This document shows positions 36,440-50,027 of a stretch of DNA of 64,000 nucleotides, piece by piece. The position numbers and the translations under genes are program-made. How positions within the stretch are numbered: position 1 is the first letter of the stretch; each line of letters opens with the position of its first letter. Source of the DNA: Octopus sinensis (Eukaryota); NCBI RefSeq assembly GCF_006345805.1, contig NW_021833749.1:1-64000 (forward strand), read 5' to 3'. Below the pieces are notes generated by a model, which was not told where the DNA came from, searched no databases, and saw only the letters and a list, made by a program, of their open reading frames with translations.

Positions 36440-36596
36440 AATGATCTAATATTACCGGACAGTTAAAAGGGTACCATTTAATGATCTTGTTTACCTGACA
36501 GTTAAAGAGGTACAACTCAATGATTCTAGCATACGAATCAGTTAAAGGGGTACCACCGGACGATCTAGTTTACCTACCAGGTAAAGGGGTACCACG
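36440..36596. repeat. Degenerate ~39-bp minisatellite x4
   Basis: Consensus close to AATGATCTAGTTTACCTGACAGTTAAAGGGGTACCAC. Confidence 0.85.
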
Positions 36597-36699
36597 TGAC
36601 ACTACAATGTACTTCTGTAAATGTTACAAGGATTTGTAACTGTAGGCTGTTCCTTTAGTGTCCAACGTAGAGCAATATCATTAACAAAATATCGTGACA

Positions 36700-37345
<646 letters not shown>

Positions 37346-38720
37346 AATATATATATATACCGTTCATCTTTCCGGGGTCGATAAAGGAAGTACCTGTTGA
37401 ACACTGGGGATGATGTAATTGACTCGGCCTCCCCTCCCCACAAATTGCTTGCCTTGTGCCAAAATTTGGAACGAATGTTTCTCATTGTTGTAAGGCGACG
37501 AGTTAGAAGAATCGTCTGCACGGTGTCTCTACCGTCTTTACGTTCTGAGTTCAAATTCTTCAAAAATCAACTTTGTTCTTCATCTTTTCGGGGTCAATAA
37601 AATAAGTACCCCTTCTCCGAAAATACTGGCCTTGTGCTAAAATTTGAAACCAATATTTATGATTGGTGTTGTTTTTAGCGTTGAAAAAAAAATGTACAAA
37701 TCTGTGACTTTCCTGTCATTTTCAAGTCTGGAACTCAAAAACTGCATTTTACTCAATTATTTTTTAAAATTATCATCAATGACGTCAATAGGAATACATT
37801 TCCATGTACAGTAATTAATTAATAAAAAGACTTAATTTTCGTGATATTTTTGATTCTCCAATGGTACCCTTTTTTCACTTGTTAATACAATATTTTTCAA
37901 CCCCGCCCTCACATCTATCAGTTCCGGCCCCGGTGAAAATATATTTTATGTCAATGGCCATGTATATCGCTGTATTAATGTAGTTTTTCTTCCCATGAGA
38001 TCCAAAAGTAACATTGTTTGGAACTATTTTTATTTCAGTCTTGCAAAAAACATGTTTCATGCCTAATTTAAAACTTATAGAAATTAGTTGTTAAAGATGT
38101 GAAGTCTTTGATGCGATTCAAGTTTTAGAAAAAACTACAAGTAAGTATTGTGATTAGAAATCGTTGGTTTTCTCATTAAAATGGTGTTTGCTTACTCAAA
38201 CCCAACAATATTTTCATGTAATTACTATTCCCAATACAACCATCAAAGTTAATTTATTCTGTACTTGATTAAAGTTTTGTAAGTTTCTTTGCTAAACGTA
38301 TGGGACTAATTAAAGAAATAGATTTTACATGAGGTGATTAAAACATTTTAAACTATAATTTAATTAAAAAGAAAAATAATTATTTTAAATGTTCGTGTTT
38401 AAATCATTTTCATTTCAGTAACAAACATTCCAATTTACCAGAGTAACTAGATATCACCCACTCATCATGTCTTCGTTGCATGTTTTGCAAGCAACGAGAA
38501 CAGTTTAGTCAAGCCCTCGTTTTCTCGAGGCAGGGTTTGAACTCAGAACGTAAAGAAGTGCCACTACGCGTATTGTCTGACGCTCACGCGATTCTACCAG
38601 CTCAACGCCTTACTGCACCGAAATAATAACGTGATTTGATCTTTAGATTGTGGGAATCCAGAAATCATTTCGCTTCCATTATATAAAAGTTTCTCTTTTA
38701 TCAGCATTTCCGAGGATAAT

Positions 38721-39951
38721 TATACACACTCGAAAATTATGCACATTCTTGTTTCTGTAAGCAGAGGTCGGACAGTTACACCATTTCTCGACAGTCTCCT
38801 TGCTTTTTGATGCACTTCTTACAGCTGTCCACAAGCTTGCTTATTCCCGCGCTTCTTCGTCTGTAGCCAATCGACGGCCTCGTAAAGGATGTTTGAGCAA
38901 TCCAAATAGAGGATAGTCGGATGGGCGAGATTTGGACTGTATGCATGGTGCTCCAGCAATTCAAAACCCAATTTTTCAATGGTTTCAACGATGTGGACGG
39001 CTGTATGTGGGTGTGCATTGTTCTGCAACAGTGGGACTTGATTTGACAATAGACCCCAGCATTCGGCGCAAATTCTTTGTTTGAGTTTGTTGGCCAGCAT
39101 TTCACTGTAGCTTACACTGGTGATTGTAGACCTCTTTTCTTGGTAATGTTCCAGTATAGCCCCTTTTGCGTCCAAAACAGTCAGCATCACTGTTTCTGTG
39201 GAAAGTTGAGTCTTGAATTTCTTTTCTACTGACAACTCCAGGCATTTCCGCACCGTTCTCTACCTTTAGGATTCTCACTCAAAGTGATGAATCCAGATCT
39301 CATCACTTGTGACTATTCTCTCCAAAATAGCTTCGCCTTTATCGTTGTAGCGGTCGAGTAAGCGTTAACAGATCTCCACACAATTGCGCTTATGTGTAAG
39401 CTCTCTTGGCACACATCTCGCACAGATTCTTCAGAAGCAAGGCTTGTTCTGGATGATTTCATATGTAGAACCATATCTAATTTGTAGTGAACATGCCAGC
39501 TCACCGATGGCCACTCGTCGGTTTGCCATAATTATCTCTCGAGCTTGTTGAATCTTCACGTCAGTGGTGGATGTTAAAGGCGTCCTGCTCCCTCTTCGTA
39601 CTTCACGCTTCTCTGGCCATTAAAAAACTTCTCGATCCACTCATACACACTTCTACGCGACAGAACGCTGTCACCGTATTGTATTGAAAGACTGCAATGA
39701 ATTTCAGCCCTGACACACCTTCAGACCAGAGAGATCGGATCACTGATCTTTGTTCTTCCTTGATGCACACTGCCAGTAAAGCGGCCATGTTTACTCTGTA
39801 ACACAAATAAGAAAACCGGAGTGATCCAGCTCAAACTTCGGTTACATAACCACAGGAGTACCGCCTCTTTGCATGCGAGCGCTGAAGGTAGTTCGAAGAA
39901 CCTAAAGAAAATTTTGGCGAAAGTGCGACTAATTTTTCACTTCCTCTTATA
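38721..39951 (-). mobile_element. Decayed mariner DNA transposon
   Basis: N-terminal EEQRSVIRSLWSEGV, VMLTV..DAKG, QNNAHPHTA (HDNARPH), EHHAYSPNLA (HPPYSPDLAP); ~1.23 kb; TIRs degenerate. Confidence 0.88.
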
Positions 39952-40060
39952 ATAACTGTTTTAAAGAACGGGGGATGTTGTTCAACTTTTTCAGTTATTT
40001 TTCAGTAGTTTTTTTTTATTTATTGATGCTGTTTTGTTTTGCAATTGGATTGGTATAAAG

Positions 40061-40312
40061 CTCCTATCCATCCCTCTTCACCACCCATTATTGCTGGGAG
40101 AGCCGTAGGGTAGAACACTCGACCATCTCCATAGAGGCCTTTCAAAAGCAATCGCCATTAGATTTTCTTGCTGGATTTCCAAGCATGACCAAATAGGACT
40201 ATGGATGTTATTCAACCATCTCCTTCTTCGTCTACCCTTAGGTTTTCTGCCGGTTGGCTTGGCTTTAAGAATTGTCTCGCGATTCTTTTCTGCCATTCTG
40301 TGGAAAAATTCG
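40061..40312 (-). mobile_element. RTE-clade LINE 3' end
   Basis: HRM..NRETILKAKPTGRKPKGRRRRRWLNNI...AFERPLWR, the typical RTE C-terminus, then a short purine-rich tail. Confidence 0.75.
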
Positions 40313-40320
40313 ATTATTAT

Positions 40321-40728
40321 AGGCGCAGGAGTGGCTGTGTGGTAAGTAGTTTGCTTACCAGCCACATGGTTCCGGGTTCAGTCCCACTGCGTGGCACCTT
40401 GGGCAAGTGTCTTCTACTATAGCCTCAGGCCGACCAAAGCCTTGTGAGTAGATTTGGTTGACGGAAACTGAAAGAAGCCCATCGTATATATATATGTATA
40501 TGTTTGTGTGAATATGTGTGTATATGTTTGTGTGTTTGTGTTTGTCCTCCCAACATCGCATGACAACCGATGCTGGTGTGGTTACGTCCTCGTGACTTAG
40601 CGGTTCGACAAAGGAGACCGATAGAATAAGTACCGGGCTTACAAAGAATAAGTCCTGGGGTCGATTTGTTCGACTAATGGCGGTACTCCAGCAGTCAAAT
40701 GACTGAAACAAATAAAAGAATAAAAGAA
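40321..40728 (+). mobile_element. SINE family A, full copy
   Basis: GGCGCAGGAGTGGCTGTGTGGTAAG head; (AATAAAAG)n tail. Confidence 0.9.
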
Positions 40729-41442
40729 TATTTTCTCGTTATTGAAAAAAAAAATGATTGAAAAGTTTTATTGTGTTGTATAGTAAAGCGATGTATAAAC
40801 GATACATTTTGTGTAGCAGTTGCTGAACACCCTGTAATTATGGGTAACTGCTCGTGTTTTACTTCGTATCTTTGGATTGTCTCAAGCGTTTTTATTAATT
40901 GCTTTAAATTAACCGTTGGTAGTGCTTTTTTTTAATTGCTCTAAGTGTTTATTATTAATTGCTCTAAGAATATATTAATTAATTAAGTCTTTACATTAAG
41001 TAAACTGTTTCAGAATTTTTGTCGAGTCTTTTCTATTTTGAAGTTGATCAATATTTCAATGCTCTTTTCTTGAGAGACCGACATTTCTATCCATTTTCTG
41101 GTTTGATATTTGAAATTCTATTATTCAATCTCGAAGATATCTTAGGAAATACAAAAAATAAATCTAACTAAGGTTCTAATTCAGCGTATGGTCTGAATCG
41201 GCGATGTCAAATGTAAATTTTAAAAAAATGCAAAATGAAAGACCAAAACGGAAACGAGACGAAATATTGAAATAATATTTGGGAATAAAATATGGTAAAA
41301 CAAAAAGAGATAAAAAAATCGTCGAGCAAAACCAGAAGTATGCAGAAGTGAAATGAAGTAAACTGGCACAGTATAAACCGATGGACATAAATAGATAGAT
41401 ACATACATATCTATGTATGTGTCTGTATGTTTATACATCTAC

Positions 41443-41537
41443 ATGGAAACATACATACATACATACATACATACATACATACATACATACATACATACAT
41501 ACATACATACATACATACGTACGTACACACGCATGCA

Positions 41538-41636
<99 letters not shown>

Positions 41637-41638
41637 AT
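41443..41638. repeat. (TACA)n/(CTAT)n array
   Basis: Direct inspection. Confidence 0.95.
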
Positions 41639-41639
41639 A

Positions 41640-42098
41640 TTTAAAATTAAGGATAAAATCTTTATAAGAAATTATCAGTAGTTAGCGTGAAAAACCTCGT
41701 AAGAGAAAAAATCTGTAAATTTTTCCACTTTGAAAATATTTTTTTATATTATATAGAGGGTACTATTATTCATAGGTACCGCACGCTAGGAGGGACTTTT
41801 GCAGTCAAAACTTCTAAAATAAACAAATTGTACCGAATGCAAAACTTCAAAGCAAGTCATTTAAAAACAGAATTTAGTTACATATCACCTGTGATTTCGC
41901 AATCAATGCAGAATATGCATTCTATGCTCTTCAGTGCAACGAACTCAAGACATATAAGAAAAAACACAACATTACATACCCGACAGCCAACCGTAGAATT
42001 CGCCGCAGCATGTACGAATGTTTATTTTTACATATCTATGAAAATGGTGGACTTCTTCGCAATGCATTTCGGTCACAACAATATATATATATATATAT

Positions 42099-42131
<33 letters not shown>

Positions 42132-42158
42132 GATATATATATATATAGATAGATAGAT

Positions 42159-42193
<35 letters not shown>

Positions 42194-42266
42194 TTTTTTC
42201 TCTTACGAGGTTTTTCACGCTAACTACTGATAATTTCTTATAAAGATTTTATCCTTAATTTTAAAT
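41640..42266. repeat. ~75-bp inverted repeat pair (41640-41713 and 42192-42266) enclosing a hammerhead; probable Penelope-like terminus
   Basis: TTAAAATTAAGGATAAAATCTTTATAAGAAATTATCAGTAGTTAGCGTGAAAAACCTCGTAAGAGAAAAAA and its reverse complement. Confidence 0.8.
41877..41940 (-). ncRNA. Type I hammerhead ribozyme with self-contained stem III
   Basis: Minus strand GTTGCA-CTGAAGA-GCA...TGC-GAA-ATCAC AG GTGAT-A-TGTAAC; 6-bp stem I (one G-U), intact core, AUA cleavage triplet. Confidence 0.65.
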
Positions 42267-42364
42267 TTATATTTTTCACCGGAATAGTTTAATACTGAAT
42301 TTTTATTCCGAGTAAGCATGTATATATATATATATATATGTGTGTGTGTGGATATATATATATG

Positions 42365-42401
<37 letters not shown>

Positions 42402-42736
42402 ATCAAAAAAAAAAAAGGGGTAGAATTAATTAATTGTTAATAAATTCGACCAAGCAGTATTCGGTATGTAAAGACCATTTACGGTATATTTGAAGTATTA
42501 ATTTATAAAAATATGGTAAAGTAAAAAAATTACCCACAAATCCAGAAACAGACTGTCCTCGGGTATCGTATATGGATGTGATCTTTCATTGTTTTTCCCT
42601 TATACCTATGTGAGTTATTTTCTGAGTATGCATTGTCTGGAGACTTTTATTTGCAGTTGAAGAAATAGCCTAATTTTTGGCTGCTATTTCTGAAAAGTTC
42701 GGTGTGTGGTAAAGTGAATTTTTTTTTACTTTACCA

Positions 42737-42803
<67 letters not shown>

Positions 42804-43696
42804 ATTGTTAAACAGGACATCAAGCATTAGGGCAAGGCAAATATCTCAAGTCGTATACAATATTATTACAGGAAGAAATTGAAAATCTTACAGCTGTTTC
42901 TTGGATATCCTCGAGTAAGGCATATTCCGTCATCAGAGACAAATTGGGGGAAAATATGGATAATGAGAATGGTATGCAGCAACAAGATGACAACATAGAG
43001 GTAGAGAGTAAAAGAATAAGGAGATGGAAAGAGAGAAGAAAAAAGAGGCATTAAATTTCATAGCTCAACTTTCCGAAGTTATAGAAACCAGAGCATGAGT
43101 CCTTAGGTGCAATCCTGCGAAGATCCATGAGCGTAAGTCTTTAGGTGAAATCCTGCGTATATCCATGTGGGTTAAAGTCCTTATATAGTAGACATCTCAA
43201 GAAAAAGACGCGAGCATACCAACGTTCAATAATAGAATTCGTTACAACACCTACTTAGCGTACCTAATTGTTTAGATCACCTGTGAACTAAACCTTCATA
43301 CTCTGTATATATATGAGTATATACATGTTTCCAAAAATGAGTTTAAAGGGATATATTTTCCTGGCGGTTATCATGTCTCCTCTTAACTCGGTTCCAGATG
43401 TCGGCTAACCACAACGGCTATTTGTTCAATTTTTAGATCAGTGACTGCGTGTCACTTTGAAAACTATATATTCGAACGGTGAGTTCAGCAACGCCATCTA
43501 GCCGAGCAGATACTCTTTGTTGATAAAGAGCAATAACTCAGAAACTAGTCCACAGATGTTGTTTTGCGCTGGATGGGAGTGCTGAACTCCCTATTCGAAA
43601 ATATAAGGACACAGATATTGTGTCGAATAGCCAGCCAGAAACGACGTTTCCTGGGGCTAATGAATAGGACAGTCACATTGTTAGCAATCAGCTTTT

Positions 43697-43781
<85 letters not shown>

Positions 43782-43800
43782 TGTGTGTGTATGTATGTAT

Positions 43801-43839
<39 letters not shown>

Positions 43840-44150
43840 TATTATTATTATTGTTATTGTTGTTTTTTTTTATGTATTTGTATTCGTATTATTTTTTTTT
43901 GTATTTATATTCGAGTAACATCGTCCGTTTTTCTGTCCTTGTTTCGTATACATTCGATCCTTTTCCCAAGGAATCTAATGCTCTTAGCTTAGTTTTTCCT
44001 TGGGGCTGGCCAGATTAGAGCAATCTCAAGATTAATCAGCCGAAATTGCGAGGATGATCCGGTTCTTGACTGAAGATTAAAGGCTTCAAATGACCCGTCC
44101 GTGTTTTTTGTATCGTCTATTTGGATGTTTTGCGTTCTTGTCCCATTTTG

Positions 44151-44192
<42 letters not shown>

Positions 44193-44458
44193 TGTTATAT
44201 TGTTATATTTGGGGATTGTCATCTTTTGCCAACTAAGCATACGCACCTATTAGTTTATGTGTCAAAGTTCTTTCGTCCCATATTCTGTGACCGCTTCAAT
44301 GACTTTCTTTAGTGTCTCTTCTTCTCTCTGATCGTGTTCTGTCTCTTCCATTTTGTCTTCCCGTGTTATCATAAAGTCAAAATAAAATGTCATTGAAGAG
44401 ATCACAGAATGTGTGACGAAAAAACTCTGACATATAAATTATTATTATTATTATATTA

Positions 44459-44493
<35 letters not shown>

Positions 44494-44566
44494 TATTATT
44501 ATTATTATCATTAATAATAATAATAACAACAACAACAACAACAACAGCAACAACAACAACAACAAC

Positions 44567-44607
<41 letters not shown>

Positions 44608-44617
44608 TAATAATAAT

Positions 44618-44657
44618 AAAAGCAACCACACTATGGGATATGCCAATACACACAGAT
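44618..44657 (+). mobile_element. Tiny R4/Dong family 2 fragment at the end of a (TAA)n array
   Basis: AAAGCAACCACACTATGGGATATGCCAATACACACAGAT matches ~31190-31228. Confidence 0.8.
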
Positions 44658-44769
44658 TAAGACCATAATAAACATTTGCTTTAGAATAATTCCACAGAGA
44701 GGAGTCCAAAGTCTGCGAGGCAACTGCTCAATCCGCATAGGATGGCGTCCTCCTCCAGTTCCCCCAAAA

Positions 44770-45090
44770 GGAATTTCTCGATATACATGATTTACTGAAA
44801 TTTTTGGATCTAAAAGAAAAATGCGCGATTTTTCAGCTACACATAGGTTGTATTTCTTAGATCTATTTACATATGGCATGGATTTCACTGCGATTCTGCC
44901 CTTGATTATATGTGGTATGCAACTGGTCTTCAAACCCATAAGTGCCTAGTCAACTTAATGGATTTATTTTTGTCAAAGTGCCAAAAAAGAAGAGAGCTGG
45001 TTTGCATAACTTCATTTGAAACCTCTTTCGCATATATTCATATGTAACATATGGCATAATTATAAGCAGAGCAAATTTTAGCCATTTCTC
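44770..45090 (-). pseudogene. Penelope-like GIY-YIG endonuclease C-terminal remnant
   Basis: FK*SYANQLSSF, KLTRHLW.LK, IKGRIAVKSMPYVNRSKKYNLCVAEK..DPKISVN resemble the PLE pattern FK.RY.NH..SF / LSKH.W.LK / W.I...AKPY..SKRCNLCL.EK. Confidence 0.65.
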
Positions 45091-45110
45091 CGTAAGCTGA
45101 AAAAAATGAA

Positions 45111-45158
45111 CAACCATAATCGATTTTCGAAACTTATTGGGTTCTCATCAGAGGTGTC
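45111..45158 (-). ncRNA. Hammerhead-like motif with intact core and decayed stem I
   Basis: Minus strand ACACCT-CTGATGA-GAAC ccaataa GTTTC-GAA-AA TCGA TT-A-TGGTTG. Confidence 0.4.
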
Positions 45159-45167
45159 TATATATAT

Positions 45168-45228
<61 letters not shown>

Positions 45229-45325
45229 TACATATATACCTACCTACCTACATACATACATACACACATACATACATACATACATACATACATACATACA
45301 TGCATGCATGCATGCATAAATATAT

Positions 45326-45478
45326 AGTGAGAATTTACAAAAAAAAAGACAAAAGACGAAGACGGGTGTGTAACCAACAAACAGATGTATCAGTTTAGCG
45401 GTCGGGAAGTGAGAAAGTCTTTTACGTTTCGAGCCTACACTCTTCGACAGAAAGGAACACAAAAATAAACAGGGATAG
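45326..45478 (-). mobile_element. Penelope-like terminal repeat family 2 with hammerhead-like motif (45419-45454)
   Basis: Minus strand CTTT-CTGTCGA-A-GAGT GTAG GCTC-GAAA-CG-TA-AAAG. Confidence 0.65.
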
Positions 45479-45804
45479 AAATATCGCATACCAAGACGCA
45501 ATCCGTCCTTACCGGTATAAGAAAGCGGTGAACGAACGATCACTAGTGTTGCAATTAGCCTTCTGTCTGAATAGAATTCGGTTGAAGAAGTATTAGAATA
45601 AACTAGCTACTTGTGTATCATGCTTAATGTATACAAAGTGAAAAAGGTAAATTTACTGCAGTATTCGCTGTAATTTATCCCTAGGTTAGCCCTGAGTAAA
45701 TGGACCTATGATGAAAACGATTCCAGTTCTGACCTTGCAGTCTTACTTTTTTCAGATATTTAAGACGGCATAATCCAATATTTCTACTTTTTTAAAGACA
45801 TGTT

Positions 45805-46200
45805 ATCTTTTACTTGTTTAACTCATTAGACTGCGGCCATGCTGGGGCACCACCTTGAAGAATTTTAATGGAACAAATCGACCCCCCCCCCCACCAGTTT
45901 TTATATTTTTTAAAGCCTGATGCTTATTTTGTCAATCTCTTTCGCTGAACCGCTAATTTACAGGGACGCAAAAAAAAACCAACACCGATTATTAGGCGGT
46001 GGAGGTGGAGACGAACACACACACATACACACACACACACATACGGTGGGGTTTCTTCATTTTCCGTTTCCCAAACTCACTCACAAGGCTTTGGTTGGCT
46101 CGAGTCTATAGAAGACATTTGCCCAAGATGCTACGCAATGGACAAAACCCCTAACCATGTGATAGAGAAGCAGACAGCCACGCCTTACCCCATAGCCACG
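45805..46200 (-). mobile_element. SINE family A, full diverged copy
   Basis: Both halves on the minus strand. Confidence 0.8.
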
Positions 46201-46534
46201 CTTGCGCCTACCTAAACAACAGATCTACATGAATGTACATTAATATATTGCTAACTTAGCAATAAAGTAACTGATATCAGGGTGGGGAGATAGGCTCAGA
46301 ATTAAAACGCTTCCCTAATAAATAATGATGTGGATTATTCCTTTATAGTAGCGAGATCGAAACCTACAATTGAAGAATAAATAAATTACTTTCTCTTCTT
46401 TCCTTCCTTTCTTTATGCTAAAGTAATTAAAAAATTCAATTATTTAGTTATTAAAGTAGGATTATAGGAAATATTTTATATGTAGTCAATTATAATCCTG
46501 CAACTTTAAATAAAAATGCTACGAAAACTATTTC

Positions 46535-47135
46535 AAATTTTCCGACTGGTTTGAAGCAAATAACTATGCCATATCCAGCTTGAAGTTAGATCAGTTGAGG
46601 GAGATTCTGCTGGAAGTGGGACACAGGCGAATGGTGTGTCAGTAGGTTGGAGGGGAGGGCACGCCACCGTCATAGTGTTGGACATCGCGGGATTTAGAGT
46701 GACCGATATCATATAGGATGGAATATGAAGGCCTAGCATGAGGCTGTATTAACCAGGGGAAATCGGTGGGATTGCGATCCGATAGCCAGAGAGGAACTCG
46801 GTTCTGTTATTGCTACTGAGGGTCGAATTGATCCAGACGTCAATCAGAAATAGGCTGGAAGACAGCTTCTCCTGAAAGTTTGGGTGGAAGGTATCGAACT
46901 CCCATATCGTTTCTATAACTTGTTCATCACTGACCATCGTGCCTTGTCTCAAGCCAAACATGACCAGCTTGGAGTGTTCCCCACTTTTTTTTCCTATACA
47001 AATGACTTCTGAGGGTTCATTTGCTGCCAATGTCTACTGTGTTGAGGTATCATGATACTGTGACTGATGATGCGAAAAGATGTTCTGAGGATGCGGCACC
47101 TGGACAAATTCTTGGATTTGGAGTAAGTGTGGATC
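46535..47135 (-). pseudogene. Possible highly decayed LINE RT C-terminus (CR1/L2-like)
   Basis: Higher-GC island; RWRALPSNLL..SPVSHFQQNL loosely resembles the WNxLP..V..S...FK..L terminus. Weak. Confidence 0.25.
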
Positions 47136-47136
47136 A

Positions 47137-47420
47137 CCATCCGAACGTGGCCGATACCAGTACCCCCTGACTGGCTCCTGTGCCGGTGGCACGTATAAAG
47201 CATCATCCGAACGTGGCCAATGCCAGGCACGCTTAACTGGCTCCTGTGCCGGTGGCACGTAAAAAGCATCCACTACACTCTCGGAGTGGTTGGCGTTAGG
47301 AAGGGCACCCAGCTGTAGAAACCTTCAAGATCAGATTGGAGCCTGGTGCAGCTTTCTGGCTTGCCACTCCTCAGTCAAACCGTCCAACCCACACCAGCAT
47401 GGAAAACAGACGTTAAATGA
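47137..47420 (+). mobile_element. SINE-like family H with two tandem ~63-bp 5' monomers
   Basis: CATCCGAACGTGGCC..TGGCTCCTGTGCCGGTGGCACGTA repeated; (GAT/GAC)n tail follows. Confidence 0.75.
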
Positions 47421-47421
47421 A

Positions 47422-47469
47422 GACGACGACGATGATGGTGATGATGATGATGACGACGACGACGACGAC

Positions 47470-47501
<32 letters not shown>

Positions 47502-47538
47502 CGACGATGATGATGACGATGATGATGACGACGACGAC

Positions 47539-47592
<54 letters not shown>
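47422..47592. repeat. (GAT/GAC)n trinucleotide array
   Basis: Direct inspection; poly-D/H/M ORFs are artefacts. Confidence 0.95.
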
Positions 47593-47595
<3 letters not shown>

Positions 47596-47989
47596 TCTGA
47601 ACTGTTTCACTAACTGTTGCCATTGATCAAGCACAGATCAAAACTGGACGTCTGGCTTCCGGAATCATGTCAGCCGCTCAAGATTAAGCAACGTAGCCTC
47701 TGAAACATGAATTCTTGCAGAGAGCGACCAAACGCAATCGCTTAATCATTGCTTTATGTCCAGCAGCTGCAGTCCCTTGTCGTTTAGTCCCAGCTTCCAG
47801 CTAAGTCCGTCGTAAAGATTATCCTGCCCCTATTGTTTTTTTTTGTCTTTTTTTTACTGAGAAACGGATCGTAGTTTTCCTGAATCTGATGTCAATGATG
47901 AAAAGACATGATTTCGAAGACTATTCAAAGCCTTTATTTCACAGTCAAGTTTTCATCAACCTTTTCAAAAACTACTTGAAAATTAAGGT

Positions 47990-48245
47990 GAGAGTGGCTT
48001 AGTGGTCAGGGCATTCGGCTCACGATCGTACGGTCGTGAGTTCAATTCCCAGAAACGCGTTGTGTCCTTGAGCAAGACACTTTATTTCATGTCGTTCCAG
48101 TCCACTCAGCTGGCAAAAATGAGTAGTACCTGCATTTCAAAGGGCCAGTCTTGTCACGCTCTGTGTCACGCTGAATCTCCTTGAGAATTTCGTTAAGGGA
48201 ACATGTGTCTGTGGAGTGCTCAGTCACTTACACGATAATTTCATT
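47990..48245 (+). mobile_element. SINE family F, 3'-truncated
   Basis: Near-identical to 50830-51085. Confidence 0.85.
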
Positions 48246-48419
48246 TTGTGAAATCTGGATGAGAGTGGACAGTTTGGTATACATGTATATGTCTATTCTC
48301 AATTTTCGCCTGCAATTTCTAAACAAGAGCGAAGGCATTTTCATGAATGTCAAAGATATGTGAGGGGCCCTAATATGCTCTCCCTTTTTTTCAAGTCATA
48401 CACATTGCATATATAGGTT

Positions 48420-48615
48420 TTAAATTTTAGCACAAGGTCAGCAATTTTCGGGGACGAGGTCAGTCGAATATAACGACCCCAATAGTTCAACTGGTTCTTC
48501 TTTTATCGACCTCGAAAGGATGAGAGGCGAAGTCGAACTAAGAACGTAAAGACGGTCGAAATACCGCTTAGCATTTTGTCCGGCGTGCTAACAATTCTGC
48601 TAGTTCTCTACCTTG
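48420..48615 (-). mobile_element. SINE family B
   Basis: GAAAGGATGAGAGGCGAAGTCGA core and head. Confidence 0.75.
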
Positions 48616-48654
48616 CACACATTATAAACATCGGAATATAGTTTCATATATTAT

Positions 48655-49012
48655 CTTTCACTTGTTTCAGTCATTGCATTTCAGCGATTCTGGGTCCTCG
48701 CCTTGATGGGCTTAGTCGAAAAAACCGGCCCAGAACCTGTTTTTTTTTTCATCCTGATATTTATTCTCTGTTGGTACTTTTGCCCTCCACACTGTCGCGA
48801 CAGTGTGGAGGGCAAAACGAGGACACACGCATACGCCGCGCGCTAGCACACACATGTGTATATACGACAGGCTTGCATGCAATCGACTAAATCTACTCAC
48901 AAAACATTGATTGGCCCAGGGTTATAGTAAAAGACACTTACTCAAAGAACCGCGCAGTAGGACTGACCGCGAAACTGCGAGGCTGCAATGCAAGTTTCTT
49001 AACTACACAACC
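48655..49012 (-). mobile_element. SINE family A, diverged
   Basis: Tail and head recognisable on the minus strand. Confidence 0.65.
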
Positions 49013-49364
49013 ATAGGCATTTGCATTTTTCTCCCTCTCTCTAGTATCACTTTTCGAGGTTTAAACAAACTAATACTAATTAATTTCTGCTTCACAGCGT
49101 TCCCTAGTTCTTTCCGTGGTGCAGAGACTGGGCCTCCTTTATAGACCACGTAAGGACGAATATCTTGCATGTTCGCATGTTCCCATGTATGTATACTTTG
49201 CGTGTACACATACATACAGACGGACGGTGAGACATAGAAACGAGTTGCGTGTGCCTGTGCATGTTCTTTATTTTATGTGACAAAGAGTCTATAAGCATAT
49301 ATAGGCATATATACTTACACACGTGTGTGTGCGTGTGTTAGTTTCTGTGTGCATACGTGCATAC

Positions 49365-49404
<40 letters not shown>

Positions 49405-49556
49405 ATATATATATATATATAATATATATATATTACATATATACCAACTTATACATTTATATACATAATACGTATATAATTGTATATAAATATATATATT
49501 ATATATATGCATATATATATGTAGGTATATGTATGTATGTACATATATATATATAT

Positions 49557-49630
<74 letters not shown>
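49365..49630. repeat. (TA)n field
   Basis: Direct inspection. Confidence 0.95.
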
Positions 49631-49634
<4 letters not shown>

Positions 49635-49990
49635 TGTGTGTGTGTAGGTATGTATATACCCACATAATATCTTTACTTGTTGTAGTCATACAATTTCAGG
49701 CTGAATGGATCTTGCGAAATCTCACCCCAGAACGAACTTGGGTATTTTGACGGCGAGCTAGAAACACAAACCTAATGCAACACCACTAAATTTTTAAGCA
49801 AACTAACAGCAGGATAATAATTAAAATTCATTTGAGTTAGGAGGAAATTTAGACTTAATCTTATGTAAATACGATATCAATTACATTATAATATTGCTTT
49901 TTTAAAAAAAAAAAAAAAACGTCAGCATGGATACGTAATTGGAAAGTCAATTTGATAGGGGTGCCGATAGTATAATATTTATATTATTAC

Positions 49991-50027
<37 letters not shown>

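Noticed and set aside
38092-38146. Strong GTAAGT donor at ~38141 suggesting an exon
   Set aside because: The better acceptors upstream give stops in all frames; only a weak 44-bp option remains.
41687-42109. 140-aa ORF inside the inverted repeat
   Set aside because: No recognisable motif; runs into microsatellite; overlaps the antisense hammerhead.
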